64,000 nt of DNA from an uncultured virus (IMG/VR IMGVR_UViG_3300027336_000062) (Duplodnaviria > Heunggongvirae > Uroviricota > Caudoviricetes), in the IMG/VR virus record IMGVR_UViG_3300027336_000062; one strand, written 5' to 3'. Below, one piece after another: positions 27,697 through 37,400 of this stretch. The notes under the pieces were generated by a model. The model did no database searches. It was not told the origin of the DNA and was given only the letters and a program-made list of their open reading frames with translations. The stretch's first letter is position 1. Every line of letters starts with the position of its first letter. The position numbers were made by a program, and so were the translations under genes.

Positions 27697-28368
27697 ACTC
27701 AGGTGAACGGTGCTCCTGCGCCCATCAAGCCAATTGCACAGACACCAGAAGGCACCTTTGTTACTTCGAAGGGTGCTCCTGTCAAAGCCAATGCCACGTT
27801 GGCAATCGATGGTTCAAGCGGTGCTCCAGTCGGTGTGACTCGGAACCTTCAAGTTCCGAAGGAACTGAGCAACGGCAAGCCAACCACCTTGGTTCAAGCC
27901 GATCCGAAGAACCTGAAGAGTGGTGATGCGTTCAAAGCCACGATGACTTGGGTCAAAGACGGAGACACGCTGGATCTGTCGAATGGTGTGGTTTGCCGAG
28001 TCAATGGCATCGATGCTCCAGAGACAGCCAAGCCCAATAAAGGTCAGCCTGCTCAGGCGTACTCCGCTGAAGCAACAAAGACACTTGAGCAAATGGTTCG
28101 AAACAAGGAACTGACAATTCGCATTGTTGAACCCCCAAGCGGCAAGAACTACGATCGTGCCTCTTGCATCATTGAAGTCGAAGGCAAAGACGTTAACGTC
28201 GCCATGCTTCAACAGGGAGCTGCTTGGTTCTGGGGTTCGTTTGTCAAAGACTCGTTTCAGTACCAGAAAATGCAGGCTGCAGAATCGAAAGCGAAAAAGA
28301 ACAAGGTTGGTTTGTGGAAAGATCCAAATCCGGTCTTTCCAAACACTTTTCAACGACAATACCGGTAA
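27649..28368 (+). CDS. Staphylococcal nuclease (thermonuclease) domain; probably the -1 frame extension of the upstream gene
   Basis: VKDGDTL, RVNGIDAPE, YDR, VNVAML..G.AW, AK..KVGLW motifs; Pro/Ala-rich linker in front; no clear RBS. Confidence 0.88.
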   Translation: MTAQPPAPVESGAVPSTQVNGAPAPIKPIAQTPEGTFVTSKGAPVKANATLAIDGSSGAPVGVTRNLQVPKELSNGKPTTLVQADPKNLKSGDAFKATMTWVKDGDTLDLSNGVVCRVNGIDAPETAKPNKGQPAQAYSAEATKTLEQMVRNKELTIRIVEPPSGKNYDRASCIIEVEGKDVNVAMLQQGAAWFWGSFVKDSFQYQKMQAAESKAKKNKVGLWKDPNPVFPNTFQRQYR

Positions 28369-28380
28369 CGGTACACATCA

Positions 28381-28411
28381 AGAAAGCCGGGGTAACTCCC
28401 GGCTTTTTCTT
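28381..28411 (+). terminator. Rho-independent terminator
   Basis: AAAGCCGGG-GTAACT-CCCGGCTTT-TTCTTT. Confidence 0.75.
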
Positions 28412-28446
28412 TAGAATAGTCGCAATCCCCCAGACAGAAAGTCAAT

Positions 28447-31400
28447 ATGGCTGAATTCGACCTCAATAGCTATTTCTCCAAGCGCCAACAACTGTTTGGG
28501 CAAGACAAGGTAGATGCTTTGCAGAAGGCATCTGCAGAGAAAGTTCAAGCTCTCCAAGAAAGCCGAGCCCGAGATCAGGCTTACCTAAACAGCCCTCAAG
28601 CACAGATTGATCGAGCTGTTGCGGAAGGCCGTACCTGGGGCGAGTTTGGTCAAGACGTTGGTTTGTCTGCCATTCAAGGCGTTGATGCCTTGGCCAAGTT
28701 GCCGGCAATGGTCTACGACAAAGCCACGGAAGGAAACTTCTATGGCACCGAGACTCAGAAGATCAGTGCGATGTCCGATGAGCGTGAAAAGCTCAAGTCG
28801 GCATTTGCACAGGCCAACAACAAGCAAAAAGCTGATGCGGCCAAAGCTGCTGGTGAAGCAGCCAAAGAGTACTTTGGTGACGGTGCCCTTGGAACTGGTG
28901 CACAGGTTGCTGCCGAGTTCGGTAGTGCTTTCTGGGAAGCTGCCAAGGATCCAGGCAGCATTCCTGAGTTCTTGGCTCAACAAGCTGCTCAGCTGGGCGT
29001 CATGGGCAAGGTTGGCCGAGCATCGGAGCTCGCAGCTAAAGCTGCTGTCAAAGCAGCTCCAGTCCTTGCGGCTACAAAGGCTGGCCAAGCCGCAGTGAAC
29101 CGTGTCGGTACGGCCGGTGCAGTAGGCACTGGTGCTGTGCTTCAGGGCACAGACGTTGGTTCGGACACCATGACTCGCCTCATGGAGCTTCCACAGGCAG
29201 TCTGGGATCAAAACCCTCAGTACAAAGTCCGAGCCTCTGAAATCGGTGCGGATGCTGCCAAGCAGGAGATTGCATCTCGTTTGGCTTCGGAAGCTACGGT
29301 GCAAGGTGCTGCGACTTCGTTGCTGTCCGCTGCCTTGCCTGGCGGTTCGTCTGTTGAGAAGGCCCTGGTCGGCAAGTCTCTGGGAGGCTTCAAAGCTGTT
29401 CCCAAAGCCTTTGTCGGAGAGTCGGGTCAGGAAGGTATCGAAGAGGGTACTGGCAAGTTCTTTGGCAATGCCGGGGTCAAGCAGATCGACCCAACTCAGT
29501 CACTGTCTGAGGATGTGGGTGCTGCAGCTGGCCAAGGCGCTTACATGGGTGGCTTGCTAGGTGCTGGTATCAGCGGTGTGCAGACAGCCGGAAACGCTGC
29601 TGCCATTGCTGCCGCTGAACGTGCGGCCAAGGTTCAGGAGGAAGTGGCCAAGAAGCAGGATCTGAGCGCTGCAATTGCCTCAGGTGATGTCTCGGCTTAC
29701 CTGGATCCCAAGAGCCCTTCCTTTGCCCCTGAGAAGGCCGTGCAAGGACTGTTTGGCAACAGCCAAAAGGAAGACACGACACCGGAAGCCAAACAGACCA
29801 ACTTCGTCAAAGCCGAATCGATCGTTGCTGACCTAAAGAGCGAACGAGAAAAGCTTCGGCTTGAGCTTGATTGGACCAATCCAGACAAGCTTCAAGCGCG
29901 TCTTGATGCTGGCAGGGACGGCTTCAGTCCTGAGCTTATTGCAGCGACAGAAGAAGCTATTGCAACGCTTCGTGCTACTCCTGCTGATCCGAATGAGGTT
30001 GCAGCGCTTGAAGCCAAAGCAAAAAGCATGGATCGAAAGATCCAGCTGTCCGAAACCATTCTCAAAGACTTCAACAGGGAAGGCCAAAACCAGCAAGTTG
30101 ATGTTGAGGCTGAAGTAGCCAAGCTGAAGGACGCTGATCCTGTGGTGTCACAGGGTGCGGCCGACAACATCATCAACCTGTCCATGAAGTCCCCAGAGCT
30201 CGTGGATCGAAAGCTGGCTGCATCACTGGTCAGAGACACCACGAACAACCTGACGGACTCTCAGAGGGATTACCTGCGTGCGTTCTCCGAGGCTCGAGTT
30301 GCTGAAAACACCCTGAAGACCATGGGTGACGTTTCCAAAGAGATCTTCTTTGGATCGGCCAAAGACAAGCAAGGAATCAAGTACACCGGTCTGGCCGAGT
30401 ACCGAGCCAATGTAGCTGTGACGCTGGCTGCTGGAAACCAGAAGTCTGCTGACCGTGAACTGGGTTTGCTGACCAATTTTGAAACAAGCCATCAAGCCAA
30501 AGCAAAAGCTGCTTCTGAGGCCTATGCAGCATTCCTGAAAGATGGAATCGAACGTCGTGTCGTCAGAAACAAAGACGGCAGTTGGAAAGTTGAACAGGGT
30601 TTGTTTGAAAGCCCTGCTGCTCGTGTTGAAAACGGTGGCATGGATATTAAGGAGAATTCTCCAAAGATCGTCGCTGAAACTAAAACAGAAGCAGATGCAA
30701 TTTCCAAGACTGCTGCCGAATTGAAGGCTGCTTATGCAGTAAAGTTTGGTTCAGGTAATACCGGTGGAGCCAGTAATGTCCAGAACGTACCGCAAGCACT
30801 CGAAGGAATTCAAAGCGCCGAAACGCAGCTTCGATCCGAAGCCTCGACGCAAGATGGAGCCGCTGAAGGAACTGCAGCTACCGGAGGAGGAGCCGCTGCC
30901 GACGTTCAAGCCGATGCAACAGCTGGAACTGATGCTGTAGCTCCTGCAGCTGACGTTGCTCAGGAGGCTCCGTCCTCTGCTGCGAGCACTGACAACACTG
31001 CGACAGCTCCTTCAGTTGAAGGTCAACTGCAGTCTGGTGAACAGGCTACAACGACCCCTTCTGCAACCGTTCCAGATCCTGCTGTTCAGGCCGAGCCTGC
31101 TCAAAAAGCGGAACAAGAGGTCGCTGCAAAGGAGTCTGGAAAGCTCTTCGCCAACCATCAAGCATCCCCGGAGGGGACTCCTCTCAGCCAGCGCCTGAAC
31201 GCGATTGCAGACTTCTTCACCCAGAGTGCTGGACGTGAAGATGTGGGATCACAGCGTCCATTGGTTGCAGTCAAGAACCTGCTGAGCAAGCTAATCTCGA
31301 AAGAGGTCAGCCCTGCAGATTTTCTCAAGAGCACCGATCCTCTGACTGCTCGTCAAGACAGTGTTCTGTCTTTGTTCCAGAAAGCTGCTCAACGGTGGGA

Positions 31401-34400
31401 TCCCATCATTCGTACTGGTTTGAAACGCCAGGCCAATCCTGCTTTCAACTACAAGCATTTGATGACGTACTTCCAGTTTGAGAACTCGGAAGATGGAAAG
31501 TTGGATGTCGATGAGAATTTGAAGACTGCCATGTCTGCAGCCGTCTTTCAATTTATTGCTGACAACGCAAACGGCAAGGGCTACTCGACACCGGAGCAGA
31601 TCAACAAGTTTTTGGGAAACCCTGAAGGCTCTGAGATTGACCCGAAAGTTTGGGGATTGATTGGCCAAGGCATTCCTCAAGCTTCAATGATTGAGGAATT
31701 GGGAAACAGCATCTATGACATGCTTGGTTTTAGGCCAAGTCTACAGGCACCCAAGGATTTCGAGCCCCGATTAAAATCAGTGCTGGGTACGCAAGCGCTT
31801 CGTCTGATGCTTAGCACTCCTGGTTTGCTCAAACGCAAGACAGTCAATGCAGAAGACCTGTCGTTCAGTGAAAAGACAACCACCAAGAGCGAGAACACCC
31901 AGTTGTTTTTCTACACCTTTGTGCGTGACGAAAAAACAAAAGAGCTGAATGCCTTTGCAAAGCGTGTAGTGGATACGAACAAAGGAACTGGGACGCTCCT
32001 GAACAAGCTGTTTGGTGTCGAAAGCTCGATCACTTTCCCTTCGCTGACTCCTGGTGCTTACGATCAGAAGAAAGCCGCCAACAGTCAGATGGGTGTGCCG
32101 GTTGAGCTGTATGACGCATTGAAACATTCCAGCGAGCTTCCCTACGAAGTGCATCAAGGGATGTGGAACCTCTACAGCAAGCTGGGCTACGAATGGTTCA
32201 GTAAAGTCATTGGTTTGCCGGAAGGCGATGTTGATACTGTGCACATCTCACAGCGTCCAGCTCATGAAGCCAAGACAGACAACACGTTTAGAGTCATCGA
32301 CAACTTCATTACGTTTGTTGAAGATGTGCTGAGTCCTTCAGAGAATGGCGTAGATACACTGTTCTACTTTGTGCCTGCAGCATGGAAAAACCAACGCTCT
32401 GGTCTGACATCTAATGGGGTCAACCCCAACGCGCATAAGCAGCATCGCTACTTGGTGACTCAGACAGCTTGGAAGAACAAGGTTGATCTGACCAACCCCG
32501 ATGCAGTGAACAAGCTGTATTTCCATCTAGGTGAAGCACTTGGTTTGAAAGGCACCGACCAGCAAATCATCGAGCTCTTGAACGGCGTCGATGGTCAGGG
32601 AGGTTTGCGTCAAGAGCCTGCATTCCAAGCAGCACTAGCTGCAATGGAAAAAGCCCGTCAAGGCGAAGAGCTGACTGATGCGGACAAGGCCGCAATAGTT
32701 GACGGCCAAGACATGCAAGGCTTGAACGCCATGCTGGCCATGCTCGAGGTCACTATTGCTGAGCGAGATGGCTTGGATTCAGTTGAGGTTCAACTACCAG
32801 CAGGTGTGGATGGTGTCAGTAACGGAGTGATCAAAGGCCACTTGATTCTTGGAGCAGCCAACTCGTCGGACGAGATGCTTAAGGTAATGAATCAAGGGGG
32901 CATCTACGAGGTGGGTAGTGCTTATTCTGACTTTGCCCAATGGCATGACCAGCCTGGCAACCTCGATGTGTACGAGCGAGCCACGGCCGAAATGAACGAT
33001 CGTATGGCCAACATGGTCGAGTACATGCCTGAAGTCGTGAATGCGTTGTGGGCAGTGACCCGTCCTTTAATGGATGGCGACAAAGTTACTTCAGACGGCC
33101 GTAAGTTTGCCAAGGGCGTTGTGCCTCCAATCATCTTTGGATCGTCGTTTGAGAATGCCGTCATGCGACTGCAAGAGAACTTTGCCGAGAGCGTTCTCAA
33201 TGGCTTCACGAAATATGCCAATAAACCCGCAGAGCTAGATGCGTATGTCAAGGCGCTCAACACTCTGATTGCTGAAGGCGATCTTAGTGCTCCTTTGATT
33301 CCAGAAGGTAAGGACGGTGAGTACCACTTGAAGCGCAACTTGCTGCCGGCTCAGAACTCTGCCATTGCCTCGGTCTTTGACCAGACCTTGGGTATGTCGA
33401 TGCAGGATGCGGTTGAAACTACCTATGGCCCATTGCGTCGTCAGCAAACTGCGTTGATCGATACAGCCAACCTGACGTTCAATTTGTACAACGCTGTGCT
33501 GGATGGTGAGCGTGAAGCTGCCTTGCAAAATGAAGACGTAGAAAAAAACAAAGTCGGAGAGCCAATTCACGACATCACTAAAGAAGCTGATGGTCAGATC
33601 AAGAAAAAGCTGAAAGGCATCTTGCCTGTCATTCACAGCTTGATGTCAAAGCGTGATGGCCGAATCGGTACTGGCATGCTGATGTCACGATCCAGACTGG
33701 TTGAGCGAGACAGTCCTTTGTACAAGAACGAAGTGCAATTTGGCATTCCGGTGCCGGGAGTCGTCAGTACGATTACATGGAAACCTGTTTCCAGCATCAA
33801 CAGTACTTCTCGGGTTACTGGAGACGTTGTTCCTGGTGCTGCCATGGGAACGATGGTTGTCCACTCGACTGACAGCGCTGATTCTCACAATGTTCAGATG
33901 AAGCACAGCACGTTGAACAACCACGATGAATTGGTGACTGGCGTTAATGACATTGGTTCAGTGGCTCAGGACTTGAACAAGGCGTTTTTCCAGACTTCAC
34001 TGGAATACTCCCCTCTTGAAGAGGTGTATCACTCGTTGCGTCGTACCGTTGAAGGCATGGCTAGACTAACCAAATCCGAAGGCGGTTTGTCGATCCAAGC
34101 CCAAGACAACCTGGTGGACATGCTTGCAAAGAAAGCCTGGGCAATGCGATCAGGAAACGATGTGCCGAGTATTGGCAGCGTTCTGGTCATGCTGCTCAAA
34201 GACGCTAAGGTCATTGCGTTTCAGGCTGACAACATTCGTCTGGAAACCTTGAGCAAGATTGCCACGGTGAATCAGTTTGCTTACGAGGGTCAAGGCTATG
34301 TTGTTACTGATGCTGACCGAGCAAAAGCGTTGAAGATGAAAGCTGAGCTGACACCTGAAGTACCCGCTTCTGTGGTGGCTCTTGCAACTGAACTCACTGA

Positions 34401-37400
34401 TTCATTGAAGGCGGCTGAGCAACGTCGGATCAAACGCCTGTCGGATGCAAAGAAAGCCAAAAAGGCTCAAGTTCAACAAGTTCTTGCTGAGGCTGAATTT
34501 GACTTGTCTGCAGTAGAAGAACAAGCCCCTGCCTTTAGTCCGTTTGGCTTGTTTGGAAAACCAAGAGTCGAGAGCGACAAGGACTTGGTGAAATTCTTCA
34601 AGTCCAATCCTGCAGCTACAGCGCAGCAAGTCATCGATCTTCTTAGTGCACAAGGTCGTCTTAGTCCAGTAAATCAAAAACTGCTCATGCTGGTGAGCAA
34701 AGTTGTAAGTCCTGATTTGGCAATTAATTTGATTACTAAGGAGACTGATAAAAATGGAGTTCTGGAAGAACCAACTCAACCGTCTCGTGCTTGGTTTGTA
34801 TCGAAGGGGGACCAGCAAGCAATCTATGTGCTGAGCACAGAGTTTGTGAATTCTGGTTTGACGGCCGAGTCCTTGCTGCACGAACTGATCCACGCTGCGG
34901 TAGCTCAAGTTATTCAGAACCCTACTGGTGATGCAGCTGCTCTGGTTGCTGAGCTGGAAGCTTTGAGAGTCAAAGCCCAGGAGTTTGCTAAGCAAAACGG
35001 CTTGACTCAGTACACAGCAGCATTGGCCGATGTACAAGAGTTTGTGGCTTGGGGCATGAGCAATCTTGGTTTGCAGCGTGATGTGCTGACCAAGATTACG
35101 ATGGCATCGAAGACTGGCAGCAACCGGTTGGTTACCGGCATGCAGAAATTTATTTCTGCACTGACGGGTCTTCTGTTTGAGAAGCCCGATGCAAACCTCG
35201 ACAACGGCCTGTCGGTGCTAGTGTCGAACGTCTCCGGTCTGTTCTACCAGGCATCTCAAAGCAAGCCAAAAACTGGCGACCTGAGTCTGTCCATGGCAGC
35301 AATGAATGCCGTGAATTCATACACGACGTTGGAAATCCACAACGCATTGGATAGCGGCTCCGTAAGCCCCCTGTTTCAGTCTCAGCTGGCCAATCTCCTC
35401 ACCGGCATCGTTGACGCGCTCCACGGCCCGTTTGGTGCGTTTGCGCAGGCATTGCGTGAGACCGAAGCCAAGACGCCGGTCGATGCTTGGGCCAAGGCCA
35501 AGGAACTGGGTGCTGCTCCCTTTGGTTCGAGCGTGCTCAGCCACATGGCAGCAAGCGAGCAGGAAGCCTTTGCCATCGAGCAGGTTGAGGCTACGGTCAA
35601 AGCAGCCTTGGATGGTAAGGGCGCACAGGCCACAACTCAGTACCGCGAGCTCTACAACCTATACACAGAAATAGAAAACAAGTTCAGCAAGGACGGTTCG
35701 GACTTCTTCAAGGGTGACTGGGCCATGGCCACACCTTCGGAGAAAGCTCATGCCAAGAGCCAGTATGACTTTGTGTTCAATCTGAAGAGTGACAAGAGCG
35801 GTCGTTCGGACTACTTGGCTCGTTTTGCTGCTTTAGGTTTGGCCCATCAAGGGTTCAACCAGATGCTTCAGGTGGCAACGGAAGGCAACGTCAAAAAGGT
35901 TCGTGGACAAGAATCGTTTGAGCAACGCCTGCGTCGCTGGTTCTCCAACGTGTTGGGAATGTTCCGTGAGCGTGTGACCAAGACTTACGCCGGTCAGTTT
36001 GCAGACAACAAGCTGCAGAGTCTGGTTGGGCAGCTGGTGGACATCGAAGCTAAGAAGCGCTCGTTGCTGCAAGCCAAGAAAGGTTTGATCAACACCGACA
36101 TGGTGGAAGACGGTGCTCGGGCAGTGACTGAAGGCATCCGGACCAAGATCGCTCAAGCGGCCGACTCGGAGTTTCTGCGTAAGCAGAAGAACACGGCAGT
36201 GCAGGTGGTTCGCAGTGCAGTAAGCACGGTCACTAACGATCGTACCGAGAAGTACATCGAGGGCATGCAGAAGTTCTACGAGCGCAACGTCCAGTCTCAG
36301 GGCAGCGTGTTTGTCAGTCTTCTGAAGGAACTTACTGGCCACAAGGAAAAGCTGCAAGCGGCGTTTCGTGCCGTGAAAAAGTTCGAAGGTGATCGTCAGG
36401 ATCAGATTGCTGGCTGGGCCAAGGATGCTCGCAAGGCATTCAGCAAGAAGCTTTCAAAGGACAGCAGCGCCAGCATCACTTCAGTAGTGATGCGGACTGG
36501 CTTGCATTACCTGACCGACACAATGTCGTTGGCTGAAATTGAGCGCCTGGTCGACAACCCGGTTGCTCAGAACCGGGCCATTGCTGAACTGGAAGCCAAG
36601 CTGGGCCACATGAAAGCCGAGTACGTTACTCAGATCAAAGGACTGGGCTACTACAAGGCAACGGAGCTGGTGACGGTTGAAGTGCTGATGATGAACTCGC
36701 ACTTGATCTCCAAGCTGGCTGGTACGGTTTACGAGAAGCAGATCACTGACGCGCAAGCCAAGGCAGCAGACCCGATCATCAAGCAGCTGGTGTCGCTTTA
36801 TGCACTGAAATACACCTCACGCACTGAGCAAGGTTTGGCCAAGCAGGTGTTCCGTGACGAGAATGCTCGTGGCGGGTCTGTCGGCAACGGCATCGACTTT
36901 GTGATGAGAGCGCAGAAGGCACTGGAAGCAGAAGCCTTCGAGCGTCAGTTCAGGAACAACCCTGCACTGATGATCCATGGCTTCACGCCTGAGATCTTGA
37001 ATCCTCACACTGAGTTTGTGGTGGCAACTGAGGCGGAAGGACAGGCTTTGATCGACTTTGGCTACAAGCAAGGAGCCAAGGTATCCAAGGATGGTGCTGA
37101 TCCGGACCAAAGCCAGAAGTACATCTACGTGCTCAAAGGCGCTGGTTTGGCCCCTCATGTCTCAGGTGCACTGCAGTTCCAGTCGGACACTGCCAAGGGC
37201 ACCAAGGCACATAGTGGCTATCTGAACGTCAACACCCAAGACGGCCTAGAGAACGCACAGACACAAGCCAGGTTTGATCAGAAGCTTGGTTCTAAGATCA
37301 ATACAGACCCCAACTGGGATCCTTCTCAGGAAAAGAAGAACTACACAGCGCCTCTCTACAACGAGAACGGCAAGGTGGTGAACTGGCGTTACATGATGAA

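Noticed and set aside
30746..30940. Out-of-frame ORF with GGAG...ATG inside the vRNAP linker
   Set aside because: Short, low complexity and explained by the Ala-rich linker codons; no independent support
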